A stretch of DNA of 64,000 bases from Candidatus Woesearchaeota archaeon (GCA_964514585.1 CAZETU010000001.1:165184-229183); one strand, 5' to 3'; positions 17,801 to 27,809 are shown, numbered from the stretch's first letter. Numbers and translations: made by a program. Notes: a model not told the origin generated them from the letters alone.

Positions 17801-19273
17801 ATGAAACTAAAAATAAAAAATTTTAATTGGCTAGCAGGAAAGCCAGTCGTAATCTTGAACGATAAAACAGCAAAAAGAATGAACGTATTCGTAGACGATA
17901 GGGTTACAATAATGGGCAAAGAAAAAGTCTACGCAATAGTAGATATCTTTCCAAAATTAGTGGGCAAAAGTCAAATAGGAATATCTAACGAATTAGGCAA
18001 AGTTCTAAAATTAAAAAACGGCACAAAAGTCGAAGTCAGCGCCTCAGAATTGTCAGATGCTACATTCTTAATCAAGAAAAAAATGGAGGGTAAGGAATTA
18101 ACAAAAGAAGAATTAAATTATTTAATTTCTGAAATAGTTCATAATGGTTTAAACGAAGCCGAAATAGCATATTTCACAGCCGCCCAAAAATTAAACAAAA
18201 TGTCATTTGAGGAAATTGTGGGATTAACAAGAGCCATGATAAAAACAGGGGCCAGGTTAGGATTTAAAGGAAAATACATCGCAGACAAACATTGCATTGG
18301 CGGAATTGCTGGAAACAGAACAAGTCCAATCGTTGTAGCAATATGTTCAGCAGCAGGACTAACAATGCCAAAAACATCTTCGCGTGCAATAACTTCAGCC
18401 TCAGGGACAGCAGATGTAATAGAAACAGTATCAAATGTAGACCTCTCTCTATCAAAAATAAAAGAAGTCGTCAAAAAAACTGGGGCTTGTTTGGCATGGG
18501 GAGGCTCCCTAGGGTTAGCACCTTCAGACGACAAAATAATCCAAGTCGAACGTCTCTTAAACCTCGACATCGAATCACAACTTTTAGCCTCAATAATGTC
18601 CAAGAAAATTTCCGCGGGATCAAAATACGTTTTAATCGACATACCATATGGAAGGGGAGCGAAAGTAAAAAACTTCAAAAAAGCAAAAGGGTTAGGAGCC
18701 CAATTTATTAAATTAGGAAAACGTTTCAAAATAAAATTAAAAGTTGTCTACACAAACGGATCACAACCAATAGGTAACGGCTTCGGACCAGTCCTGGAAA
18801 TGCTAGATGTCTTGGCGGTTTTAAAAAACAAAGGGCCAAAAGATTTGAGAGAAAAATCCCTTGAGCTCTCAATAGAATTAATGCAACTTTGTGGTATAAC
18901 TGATGCAAGAGAAAAAGCAGAAGAAATTTTATCCTCGGGGAAAGCATATAAAAAATTCAAAGAAATAATAAACGAGCAAAATGGCAAAAGAAATTTCGAT
19001 AGAAAAGTAAGGGAACTTCAACTAGCAAAATTCAAAAAAACAATCAAAGCAAAAAGAAATTCCAAAATAACAAGAATAGACAATAAGGGAATAAACTCAC
19101 TTTGCAGAATTTTAGGAACCCCAGAAACAATAACAGCCGGCGCATATATCCATAGACATTTAGGAGAAGTAAAGAAAGGCGACCCGATAATAACAGTCTA
19201 TAGCGAAAACAGAAAAAAGATGAAAGCGGCTCTGCGTTTTATAAAAGAATTTGAACCCCTAACCATCAAATAA
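17801..19273 (+). CDS. deoA: AMP phosphorylase / thymidine phosphorylase family (DeoA-like, archaeal long form)
   Basis: Motifs HCIGGIAGNRTSPIVVAI and TSSRAITSASGTADVIE. The 490-aa length with an N-terminal extension is typical of archaeal AMP phosphorylase. Confidence 0.8.
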   Translation: MKLKIKNFNWLAGKPVVILNDKTAKRMNVFVDDRVTIMGKEKVYAIVDIFPKLVGKSQIGISNELGKVLKLKNGTKVEVSASELSDATFLIKKKMEGKELTKEELNYLISEIVHNGLNEAEIAYFTAAQKLNKMSFEEIVGLTRAMIKTGARLGFKGKYIADKHCIGGIAGNRTSPIVVAICSAAGLTMPKTSSRAITSASGTADVIETVSNVDLSLSKIKEVVKKTGACLAWGGSLGLAPSDDKIIQVERLLNLDIESQLLASIMSKKISAGSKYVLIDIPYGRGAKVKNFKKAKGLGAQFIKLGKRFKIKLKVVYTNGSQPIGNGFGPVLEMLDVLAVLKNKGPKDLREKSLELSIELMQLCGITDAREKAEEILSSGKAYKKFKEIINEQNGKRNFDRKVRELQLAKFKKTIKAKRNSKITRIDNKGINSLCRILGTPETITAGAYIHRHLGEVKKGDPIITVYSENRKKMKAALRFIKEFEPLTIK

Positions 19274-19318
19274 GTCTAGTATAACAATACTTAAAAAATA
19301 TCAAAAATACGCTTTTTT

Positions 19319-20638
19319 GTGGAAGTCAAAACAAAAATTCTTACACTTTTACTTTTATTAGTTAGCTCCGTTTTATTAGTATCAGCAGAACCGTATATAT
19401 ATTGCTCAGATGGAACACCAGTCGGCTCATGTTCAACGCTAAACCCAGGACTATACTGCGACTACAACGCCTACTATAACCAAAACGGAATCTTAGTCCT
19501 CGATTCGAACAAATGCAGCGCAAACGCAGGAAAATGCTGCCAATCTACACCGGAGCCAACAACAGCAAACGAAGTCAGCACTTATTCCAAATATCTAGCC
19601 GTTAACATCCCATCAAGTGAATCCTGTTCAAACGCATACCAATATTTCGACGAAAGTTACGTCGGAACATGGGTCGATAATACATTCACCGAACAACCAG
19701 GAATTGCAAAAGTATTAGGAGGGTTCCCAACATCAATCCGTTGCATCGACTCGGGCCACAAAATCACGGCCCCAGATCAAGACCCATTTAAACCCTACGT
19801 AGGAGTCAGAGGAAAATCCGGCGCATACATGTCAGTAGAATACTCAATGGAAACTTTCCAAGACCGACAAAAACAAGCTGCCGTCCTCGACTGGACATAC
19901 TACTCAACATCCTACTTCCAACAATCAGGCTCAACCTTAGACCTATTCTTCCCAATAAATAACGTCAACATCCTAAGCTGCCAAACCTTATCAACATCAA
20001 ACATAAGATACACATTATCATCAGACTTAATCCAAAATGCCGACGAGGATTGCATCACGATAGCCGCAGAAAACATAACCTTAGATTGCCAGAATCATTC
20101 AATAATAACAACTTCATCAGCAACAATATCCGGAGTTTATTCAAATCAAAAAGCAACAGTCGTAAAAAACTGTGCAATATCAGATTTCGCTTACGGAATA
20201 AATATAGACGACACATCAAATTCCATAATTCAAGACAACACTCTAACATCAAATTCAATCACAGGAATCCGTATGTCAAACTCAGACTCAAGCCACATAT
20301 TCAGCAACAATGCCAGCAACAACCTCGAAGGAATTTATCTTTCAGGCTCAGGAAATAACATAAGTTACAACGAAATTTGCACAAATACAAACGTAGATAT
20401 CAATGCGGACAGTTCAAACTCAGGAGACGAAAATACATGCAACACGGCTCAAAATTGGAACGATGAATATTATGCAGTTTGCGCCCATCTATGTTTTTGC
20501 GAAGACGCCGATCTAGATTGTAACAATTACATAAGCAACTCAGAACTCGAAGCATACTCAACAAAATGGAAAAACGGGGCTCACGGCGTAACGAGCCTAA
20601 AACTAGCAAGACTAGCACTAAGATGGCACAATCAATAA
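19319..20638 (+). CDS. Secreted parallel beta-helix (PbH1/NosD-like) repeat protein
   Basis: Signal peptide MEVKTKILTLLLLLVSSVLLVSA. Repeats of the form NCAISDFAYGINIDDTSNSIIQDNTLTSNSITGIRMSNS. C-terminal dockerin-like DLDCNNYISNSELE. Confidence 0.6.
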   Translation: MEVKTKILTLLLLLVSSVLLVSAEPYIYCSDGTPVGSCSTLNPGLYCDYNAYYNQNGILVLDSNKCSANAGKCCQSTPEPTTANEVSTYSKYLAVNIPSSESCSNAYQYFDESYVGTWVDNTFTEQPGIAKVLGGFPTSIRCIDSGHKITAPDQDPFKPYVGVRGKSGAYMSVEYSMETFQDRQKQAAVLDWTYYSTSYFQQSGSTLDLFFPINNVNILSCQTLSTSNIRYTLSSDLIQNADEDCITIAAENITLDCQNHSIITTSSATISGVYSNQKATVVKNCAISDFAYGINIDDTSNSIIQDNTLTSNSITGIRMSNSDSSHIFSNNASNNLEGIYLSGSGNNISYNEICTNTNVDINADSSNSGDENTCNTAQNWNDEYYAVCAHLCFCEDADLDCNNYISNSELEAYSTKWKNGAHGVTSLKLARLALRWHNQ

Positions 20639-21732
20639 AAACAATACTAACAATTTTCCTAATCCTAGCTCTAGCTACACTCGCATCAGCATCGAGTATC
20701 ACAAGAAATCTTCCGACAACCCTAATAGACCAATCAGGAACAATTGATGTAGGGTTAGTAGTAGACATAACAAACACCGAAGGATTCTATCTAATCGACG
20801 AAACAATCCCAGAAGGCATGAAGGTCCTAAATCCAGGCTCAGGTTCAACCGCACAAGCAGGCCACATAAAATGGTTCATAACTTCCACAATCCAAGACAC
20901 AACACTTTACTACACGCTTCAAGACGCAACCGGCATCGAACGAGACGTCCAATTTAGCGGAACATATATTTTCGAATCAGATCCAGAAAACGAAATCTCA
21001 ATCTCAACAATATATCTAAGAATCTGCACCGCAATACCAGAACTCTGTGACGGCCAAGATAACGACTGCGACCGAGCAATCGACGAAGACTTTTCAGTCA
21101 TCAGTGAAAATTTCTCGAATGCATTAAGACTCCCATGTAGCACAGGAATCGGTGAATGTCTGTCCGTCGGAGAATACGTTTGTTCGAGTAGTCAATTAAA
21201 CACAACCTGCAGCGCAACTCCAGGAACTCCAATAACAGAAATATTCAACGGGTTAGACGATGACTGCGATGGAACAATAGATAACGGAGTAAGTGGCGGC
21301 GGCGGCGATGACGGAGGTTCTTCAGGCGGAGATGACGGCGGTTCCGGAGGAGGCTCAACAACCCCAGTCAACAACGAAACAAACCAAACAATTGAAGAAG
21401 ATAGTTCAGACGATGACGACGATGACGACAACAACGATTGCACAGAACGTTGGGAATGTGGAGATTGGCAACCAGAAGAATGCGAATATGAAGATACCCA
21501 AATCAGAACTTGTTCAGACAGAAGAGATTGCGGATCAGAAAAAGACAAACCAGAACTAACAAGAGAATGTTCAGCCCAACCCCCAAAAGACAGTTCTCTC
21601 AAAAATATTTTATTAACGGGAAACGTCGTCTCAAAAGTTTCATCACAAGGTCCATTGACAATAATCCTAATCATAGGCGTCCTAGTTATAATCGTCCTAT
21701 ATCTTTTAGTTATGTTCCCAAGAATCAAATAA
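20623..21732 (+). CDS. Secreted Cys-rich protein with MopE-like CxDxDxDCD motifs, G/D/S linker, poly-D tract and C-terminal TM anchor
   Basis: Start set at MAQSIKTILTIFLILALATLASA (signal peptide). Motifs CDGQDNDCDRAIDEDF and LDDDCDGTIDNG. GGGGDDGGSSGGDDGG linker, DDDDDDDNND tract, then C-terminal LTIILIIGVLVIIVLYLLVMFPRIK. Confidence 0.5.
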   Translation: MAQSIKTILTIFLILALATLASASSITRNLPTTLIDQSGTIDVGLVVDITNTEGFYLIDETIPEGMKVLNPGSGSTAQAGHIKWFITSTIQDTTLYYTLQDATGIERDVQFSGTYIFESDPENEISISTIYLRICTAIPELCDGQDNDCDRAIDEDFSVISENFSNALRLPCSTGIGECLSVGEYVCSSSQLNTTCSATPGTPITEIFNGLDDDCDGTIDNGVSGGGGDDGGSSGGDDGGSGGGSTTPVNNETNQTIEEDSSDDDDDDDNNDCTERWECGDWQPEECEYEDTQIRTCSDRRDCGSEKDKPELTRECSAQPPKDSSLKNILLTGNVVSKVSSQGPLTIILIIGVLVIIVLYLLVMFPRIK

Positions 21733-21766
21733 AAACAAGATTGTTCACAAGATTTTCCTATGAAAA

Positions 21767-22267
21767 TTAAGGTTCTTCAGTATACTCACCAAGTTCTTCA
21801 TTTTTATCAAGAAAATCAATAGCTGTAGTGTTATGTGAAATTATTTCTAATTTATCTTTACCACACCAATCCTTATCTTCTTCTAGTAGCCTATTATGTT
21901 GACGAAGTGAATCCGCTAAGTCTTTTCTACCGTTCACAACGGACTCACGAGGAGTGTCATACAAAGGATAAGAGGTTCTCACGCTATCGCCACAATAGCT
22001 AGGCTCATCATCATCGCTTGCATATTCAAGCAAATACTGAGTATCTTTCCGGGAAGCGGTAGTTGTAACTTGTTCAACAAGGAAAAGTCCACCAAAACCA
22101 GGAACATCATATTTCCGAATTCTTTTATTTTTTATGTTCCCTTCTATGAATCTCCCATCTCTAAAAATTACACCCTTTGAGATATCCTCAGGACCAATCC
22201 GACTTTTAATGATTCGGGCTCTATCCGGACCAGAACGACCAGCTAAAAGCTCTCTTAAATTTCCCAT
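21767..22267 (-). CDS. Hypothetical protein in a compositionally atypical (T-rich, lower GC) segment
   Basis: 166-aa ORF with no recognised family. Local composition differs from both flanks. Confidence 0.4.
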   Translation of the reverse strand: MGNLRELLAGRSGPDRARIIKSRIGPEDISKGVIFRDGRFIEGNIKNKRIRKYDVPGFGGLFLVEQVTTTASRKDTQYLLEYASDDDEPSYCGDSVRTSYPLYDTPRESVVNGRKDLADSLRQHNRLLEEDKDWCGKDKLEIISHNTTAIDFLDKNEELGEYTEEP

Positions 22268-22331
22268 AATACATCTATAACAAACTATTATTTAAAATTA
22301 TCCTCAAAAATTATCCCCCATCCAGTAGTAT

Positions 22332-22928
22332 CTAAATAACACTCGCCTTAACAATCACAACATCTTCAACAGGCTTATCCCCTCTCTCCGTCGTAACACT
22401 AGCAATCTTATCAACAACATCCATCCCTTCAACTATCTCACCAAAAACCGGATGCTTACTAGTCACCGGCTGCTTATCATAATCTAAAAAACTATTATCA
22501 ACCAAATTAATAAAAAACTGACTCCCCCCGCTATTTGGCCCAGAATTAGCCATCGAAAGCGTCCCTCGAACATTAGAATGCCCAGCAACAAACTCATCAT
22601 CAATCTTATACTCAGGTCCACCACTACCAGTCCCAGTCGGGTCCCCGCCCTGAATCATAAAGTTAGGAATAATCCTATGAAAAATCACACCGTCATAAAA
22701 TCCCTCCTCGACCAACTTCTTAAAATTCCCAGCAGTCACCGGCATATCCGAATATAACTCTATAACAATATCCCCATGGTTCGTCTCAAATTTCACTTTT
22801 GTATTCATATTACCCTCGATGTTGTCAAACATTTTCATAATAAACAACGTAAACAAAACAAGCAACACAGCTATTATAAATATTGCGACAGCCTTATTCT
22901 GTAAAATCTTCTTAATCTCTTTCTTCAT
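22332..22928 (-). CDS. Cyclophilin-type peptidyl-prolyl cis-trans isomerase with N-terminal TM/signal anchor
   Basis: Contains GGDPTGTGSGGPEYKIDDEF...SMANSGPNSGGSQFFINL...HPVFGEIVEGMDVVDKI. Start moved to MKKEIKK (22928) so it abuts the upstream gene. Confidence 0.85.
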   Translation of the reverse strand: MKKEIKKILQNKAVAIFIIAVLLVLFTLFIMKMFDNIEGNMNTKVKFETNHGDIVIELYSDMPVTAGNFKKLVEEGFYDGVIFHRIIPNFMIQGGDPTGTGSGGPEYKIDDEFVAGHSNVRGTLSMANSGPNSGGSQFFINLVDNSFLDYDKQPVTSKHPVFGEIVEGMDVVDKIASVTTERGDKPVEDVVIVKASVI

Positions 22929-22929
22929 A

Positions 22930-23568
22930 TTAAAATTCTTGCGTAGCTTCGAACCCACCCTCATCATTCAAAAGAATCAAACTACAATAGTTGGAGGTAC
23001 ATCCAATCGCACCAGTATCATATTTATCCAACTTAATTATATTCTTAACAAAATAAATCCGGTCAAACTCATTTCTAAAACCATCAATACCCAACCTACC
23101 AATAGAATAAATAGCAGTATACTGAATCGGAAAATCAGACAAATCAATAGCATTCTCCACAAACTCATTTCTCTCAGGCACCTGTCTAAACATCAAAGGA
23201 TTCCTTTCCTTCTGATTCGACATATTCAAAGCAACCAAATAAACATCAAAATCAAACTCAAACGCCGCCATCTCTTCAGAAGCCCGATACTCATTAATAT
23301 AATCAAAAGCCCCTTGAGAAATAACATCCGCCTGAGGCACCGCAGCAGGTTCATCAGTATCCTCCACATTTATCAAATGGTAATCAGTATTCGTAACAAG
23401 ATAAACTACAAGCACAATAACCAAAACAGCAACAAGCGCCACAATAAGAATTTTAGAATCCCTGAAGTCAATCTTATTAACCATCTCCACAACTTTCTTA
23501 GAACCAGTTTTCTTAGAAGCCTTCTTAGCCTCCCCTTTCTTCACTTTCTTCTTAGCCTCTCCCATCAA
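22930..23568 (-). CDS. Membrane-anchored hypothetical protein (K-rich N-terminus, single TM)
   Basis: 212-aa ORF immediately upstream of the cyclophilin gene. Confidence 0.45.
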   Translation of the reverse strand: MMGEAKKKVKKGEAKKASKKTGSKKVVEMVNKIDFRDSKILIVALVAVLVIVLVVYLVTNTDYHLINVEDTDEPAAVPQADVISQGAFDYINEYRASEEMAAFEFDFDVYLVALNMSNQKERNPLMFRQVPERNEFVENAIDLSDFPIQYTAIYSIGRLGIDGFRNEFDRIYFVKNIIKLDKYDTGAIGCTSNYCSLILLNDEGGFEATQEF

Positions 23569-23617
23569 GTATCCTCGTCAAACAAATTTAAAAACCTTCC
23601 CTTCCCAAGACTAATAT

Positions 23618-23698
23618 GCCCACATCGTATAATGGTATTGCACTGGACTTGAAATCCAGGCCTTTCGAGGCGTCCCGGTTCGATTCCGGGTGTGGGCG
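23618..23698 (+). tRNA. tRNA, class II-like (long variable arm), anticodon UGA, probably tRNA-Ser
   Basis: Acceptor GCCCACA/TGTGGGC, discriminator G, anticodon stem CTGGA/TCCAG with loop CTTGAAA, variable stem-loop GCC-TTTCGA-GGC, T-arm CCCGG-TTCGATT-CCGGG. The D-arm is short and irregular. Confidence 0.6.
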
Positions 23699-24034
23699 TT
23701 CTCACCTCTCATAAGCTCTATCTCCATCAACCCGATACTCAACTCTAGATTCAACCCCCAATCTTTTCTCAATAGAACTAATAACAGTCTCGTTAACTCT
23801 AACCCTCACCGGGCTTAATCCAAAAAAAACTCCAGCAACAAATCCAACATAAAATGATTTCTCAAACAACTTCCCCGTTCTAACCTTATTCTCAAACAAG
23901 CTTCCCATAAAATTATCCTAACACATCTAAGAAGACTTCCTTGTTCAAAAGACAAAGCTACAAAGGCCCCATCTCGATATCAAAGCAGCCAGTCTAACTA
24001 AACCCCACTGCTTCTAAATTTAAATTAATCAAAT

Positions 24035-24322
24035 TTATCCGAACAATGAAGCCAAACCTTCAGCCGCTTCAGCTTTTGGTTCTTCTTTCTTCTTTTCTTC
24101 TGGTTCTTCTGCTGCTGGTGCGCTAGCCGCTGCCGGAGCCGCTGCAATAGACGCGTTCGCAAGCTTGTCCGCGATGTCTACGCCAGATAAACTAGCAACC
24201 ATAACCTTAACCTTCGCTTCGTCAACCTCAGCGCCAGTCGCGGAAATAACTGCCTTCAAGTTATCTTCGTTGATATCCTTTCCAACCTTGTGCAACAAAA
24301 GTGCCGCATATGTGTATTCCAT
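24035..24322 (-). CDS. rpl12: Ribosomal stalk protein P1 (aL12)
   Basis: N-terminus [25 protein letters not shown]-rich hinge, C-terminus EGLASLFG. Confidence 0.85.
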   Translation of the reverse strand: MEYTYAALLLHKVGKDINEDNLKAVISATGAEVDEAKVKVMVASLSGVDIADKLANASIAAAPAAASAPAAEEPEEKKKEEPKAEAAEGLASLFG

Positions 24323-24338
24323 TTTGTATTATTCAAGA

Positions 24339-25244
24339 TTAACCAAACAAGCTAGAAAGACCCGCTGCCGACTCTTCCTTTGGTTCTTCTTTTTTAGTTT
24401 CTTCTTGAGTTTGAGTTTCTGCCACAGCTTCAACAGCCACTGGCTCCGGTTCTGGTTCCCCGCTAATTATCCTACTAACAATCCCTTCCTGAACCCCAGC
24501 CTTACTTAAAATAAAATCAATAGTCGTTTCATTCATAATTCCCATCTCAACAGCAAACGGCAAAGCCCGACCAAAATCATTCATAATCATTTCGACCATC
24601 CCGTCCTTGTCAATCTTAATATCAACATAAACCTTCTTCTCATCATTATCAAAAGCAGCAATAGGCTCAATCCCAACCTCAAAAGGAATAATATCAAGCT
24701 TAGCCATAATCGACGCAACAGCCTCAGTAACTTCCTTACCTGCCTTTAAAATAACCTTATCTTTCATAACCGCAATTTTCCCATTCTCAACCTTAGGTGC
24801 AAGTCCAACAGCACTCAAAGCAGAAATATCAGGACCAGGAATCAACTCAGTAGGCCCAGCTTTAACTTCAATATCAAAAGGCGCGATCTGCCCAGCCTTA
24901 GCCTTAGCCGGACTCTTCTCATCAGCCAAAACACCAGCAATCTCAAACGCATCCTTATCCGAAAACAACATAGCCGTCGAGTCATCAACATGCTTAACCA
25001 AATCATGCAACTCTTTAATCCCACAATGACCCAAAGCAAAATTAACCAAACTCTTCTTAACAACCTGAACCTGAGCCTTGCTTCGGAGTTTCTTCTTAAT
25101 ATCCTGAAACTGCGCCGACGGCAAACCTTTAATAGAAATAACCATAACAGTTTTCTTCTTCATCAACTCAGCCAATTCCTTAACCTTAGCTTTCTTAAAA
25201 TCCGAAACATGCGTCGTAGTATCATGCTCAACAGTAACTTCCAT
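24339..25244 (-). CDS. rpl10: Ribosomal protein uL10 (P0)
   Basis: 301 aa ending in the acidic tail ...AAGLSSLFG shared with P1. Confidence 0.85.
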   Translation of the reverse strand: MEVTVEHDTTTHVSDFKKAKVKELAELMKKKTVMVISIKGLPSAQFQDIKKKLRSKAQVQVVKKSLVNFALGHCGIKELHDLVKHVDDSTAMLFSDKDAFEIAGVLADEKSPAKAKAGQIAPFDIEVKAGPTELIPGPDISALSAVGLAPKVENGKIAVMKDKVILKAGKEVTEAVASIMAKLDIIPFEVGIEPIAAFDNDEKKVYVDIKIDKDGMVEMIMNDFGRALPFAVEMGIMNETTIDFILSKAGVQEGIVSRIISGEPEPEPVAVEAVAETQTQEETKKEEPKEESAAGLSSLFG

Positions 25245-25861
25245 TACTTCTTCTCCACAATTACAACCGGCTTGGTCATAGTAAATTTAATCAAAACTTC
25301 CTTAACATTATCATTCTTCCTCGGCAAAATTTTCTCCAATCCCTTAATCGCAGCCGCAATATTCTCAACCAACTGATCATCACTCATATCTTCCTTCCCA
25401 ACAGGAATCTTAATCGCCATCTCTTTATTCTTAACCTTAATAGACTTCTTCATTTTCTCAATCATCATGTTAATCATAGCATCTTCTTCCTTAGGAATAA
25501 TTCCAGCTTGTGGCGACGGCATTTTATTCATAGGGCCAAAATATCGACCAAACTTCGTAGCAACTTTCCCCATCATCGGAGCAACCGCAATAAAAGCATC
25601 ATAACTCTTAGCCAACTTCTTAATATCCTTCCCTTCCTTATACTTCACAAAATCCTCTTCGGTAATCGTATCAATCAACTTCGACCTCTTCGTAAAAAAC
25701 CCAGCCAACTTTTTCTCACGACCATGCGGAACCATAACAAAAGTATTCAAAGCCTCTTTTCTAACATCAAAATTTTTCAAATTCACAATTAAGTCCACGG
25801 TCTGCACAAACTTCCGCTTCTTCTCTTTCCTTAACTCAACCAATGCGTCTTTAATTTCCAT
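25244..25861 (-). CDS. rpl1: Ribosomal protein uL1
   Basis: 205-aa L1 fold pattern, immediately upstream of L10. Confidence 0.85.
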   Translation of the reverse strand: MEIKDALVELRKEKKRKFVQTVDLIVNLKNFDVRKEALNTFVMVPHGREKKLAGFFTKRSKLIDTITEEDFVKYKEGKDIKKLAKSYDAFIAVAPMMGKVATKFGRYFGPMNKMPSPQAGIIPKEEDAMINMMIEKMKKSIKVKNKEMAIKIPVGKEDMSDDQLVENIAAAIKGLEKILPRKNDNVKEVLIKFTMTKPVVIVEKK

Positions 25862-26007
25862 GATACATAAACTGTTAGAATAAACGTTTTTATCCGCGCG
25901 GTATTAAACCTGCTACTAACAGTAGTAATAACCTAGCGAAATTTGCCTATATAAAACTTACTATCCACTACAACAATCCTTATATAATCCCCAAGATAAT
26001 TTTTAAT

Positions 26008-26361
26008 ATGGAACTAGTAGCATTATTATCAACAGGAAAAGGAACATGGGGCCAAATCTCAGGACTAATCCAAAAAGGCGAATGGGAAAAAGTTGTCGTA
26101 CTAGGTCCCGCTTTCGCAAAAGAATTCACAGTCCACGGCGAAGCATTCGACTTCATAGAATTCGACCCAAACAAATCCCTAATCCCACTCAAAAAAGAAC
26201 TCGAGAAAAAATTACAAGGAAAATTCGAAGGCCTAGAAGTCGCACTCTCAATCGCATCTGGAAACGGCAAAGAACACATGGCCCTCCAATCAGCCCTACT
26301 CTCACTCCCCGTCGGAATCAGATTCACAGCCCTAACCAAAGACGGCGTCGTAATGTTGTAA
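26008..26361 (+). CDS. Hypothetical protein
   Basis: 117-aa ORF. TTATATAA lies ~25 bp upstream of its ATG, suggesting a leaderless transcript. Confidence 0.4.
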   Translation: MELVALLSTGKGTWGQISGLIQKGEWEKVVVLGPAFAKEFTVHGEAFDFIEFDPNKSLIPLKKELEKKLQGKFEGLEVALSIASGNGKEHMALQSALLSLPVGIRFTALTKDGVVML

Positions 26362-26772
26362 CTATCTTCTCCAGAAAAAAACAATTAGAGCAAACAAAAA
26401 GGTTCCAAAGATATCTGAATAAAGTTCTGAATAACTAGAAATTCCTTCCTGAACAACTACTTCTGTGAATAGCATAAATATTGAAAATAAAATGGAAAGA
26501 AAAAATAAAAAGATTTTACCAAAGTAATTTTTGTTTTTAGATAATAATAATGCAAGACAAAAAATAAACAATGGAACCACAATAAAAGCAATGATATGAG
26601 AAGAAGTATCCCACAAGGGTAAGTGAAGGGGGCTCATAATGTTAATGCGATTATAAAACAAGGATCCATAACTATTTATGGAAGCAAATACTCCACCCAT
26701 AAAGCAGATTAACATTACCCATAGTTCCTTTTTATTTTCTTTAATCCATTTCATTATAACACTTCTCAACAC
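26362..26772 (-). CDS. Hypothetical polytopic membrane protein
   Basis: 136 aa with 4 predicted TM segments. Overlaps the Tyw1 start by 7 nt. Confidence 0.4.
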   Translation of the reverse strand: MLRSVIMKWIKENKKELWVMLICFMGGVFASINSYGSLFYNRINIMSPLHLPLWDTSSHIIAFIVVPLFIFCLALLLSKNKNYFGKIFLFFLSILFSIFMLFTEVVVQEGISSYSELYSDIFGTFLFALIVFFWRR

Positions 26773-27797
26773 TTCTCAATTTTTAACTTAGCACCCTTCC
26801 TAGAAATACAAACAACACAACTCCTTTCATCCTCAGCCGCAATTTCATACCCGTCCAATTTCTCAGCCAACTTCAAAGCATAATCCTTAACCGCATCAAA
26901 CCAAGGCTGATTATCATAACCCATCCGACCCCGAGCGAACCCAACAGACTTATATCCTTTCACATGAACAAAATCCGGCTCAGCCCTCCGAATCAAATCA
27001 CAATACTCACCAACATTCTCATCCAACATATTAGTTACTTTAGCAAATTCCCCCTCCTCGCCAATGTCAACCAATGTCATTCTAATCACTCTCCGAACCC
27101 GACCCTTCATCCCCCTAATCACATCCAACGTTTTCAAAAACTCATCCCAAGCATTTTTCTTAGTAGACCGATGCCAAATATCAAACAACCTCTTATTAGG
27201 AGCATTAGTAGAAACAGTAATCTGCGTAGGCAAATCCTCGTCACTAAACCCAGCAATCACTTCCGGATTCAATCCATTGGTAACCAAAAAACTAACAGCC
27301 CCCCTTCGACGAATCTCTCTAAACATCTCCCCAAGACGTGGGTATAAAGTCGGCTCTCCAGATAAACTAGTTGTATAAAGTTTAGGCTCCATAGCCGCCT
27401 CCAACTTTTCAATGTCAATTCCCTCACGTCCCCTAAACCCTTCCAATAACTTTTTCCGAGCCTCAACAATCCCATCCAAAATCTCAACCGGGTCATCAAC
27501 ACGAGGCAACTCCGTCCCAAGATTCATTTCAATCGGCCGCCAACAATGCAAACACTGATTTTCACACCACATAACACTAGGCGTCATCTGACAACACCCA
27601 GCACAACTAATCCCATAAAACTTCTCCTTCCAACACTCGCCATTCCCACGCAAAGAATTCTTAGTCCAACGACAAATCTGCACCGCACTAGTTTCCCCAA
27701 CAAGCGCATAATTCATTTTCTCCAACCTAGATCGAACATCGTCTTCACAAATTTTCCGCTTAGGATTTTTTCTAACCATATCAAAACCAAATTTCAA
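26766..27797 (-). CDS. taw1: tRNA 4-demethylwyosine synthase (Tyw1/Taw1), radical SAM
   Basis: N-terminal Cys cluster CAGCCQMTPSVMWCENQCLHCWRP plus Tyw1-type core. Confidence 0.65.
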   Translation of the reverse strand: MKFGFDMVRKNPKRKICEDDVRSRLEKMNYALVGETSAVQICRWTKNSLRGNGECWKEKFYGISCAGCCQMTPSVMWCENQCLHCWRPIEMNLGTELPRVDDPVEILDGIVEARKKLLEGFRGREGIDIEKLEAAMEPKLYTTSLSGEPTLYPRLGEMFREIRRRGAVSFLVTNGLNPEVIAGFSDEDLPTQITVSTNAPNKRLFDIWHRSTKKNAWDEFLKTLDVIRGMKGRVRRVIRMTLVDIGEEGEFAKVTNMLDENVGEYCDLIRRAEPDFVHVKGYKSVGFARGRMGYDNQPWFDAVKDYALKLAEKLDGYEIAAEDERSCVVCISRKGAKLKIEKC

Positions 27798-27809
27798 AGA
27801 TTTATAATT

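Noticed and set aside
23702-23908. 68-aa minus-strand ORF immediately after the tRNA
   Set aside because: No start context, no recognisable features, and a 126-bp gap to the next gene. Probably non-coding spacer upstream of the L12 operon.
25980-26438. 134-aa minus-strand and 130-aa plus-strand ORFs overlapping the 26008-26361 gene
   Set aside because: These are alternative frames over the same DNA. Only the + frame 26008-26361 has a TATA box at -25 and a non-degenerate composition.
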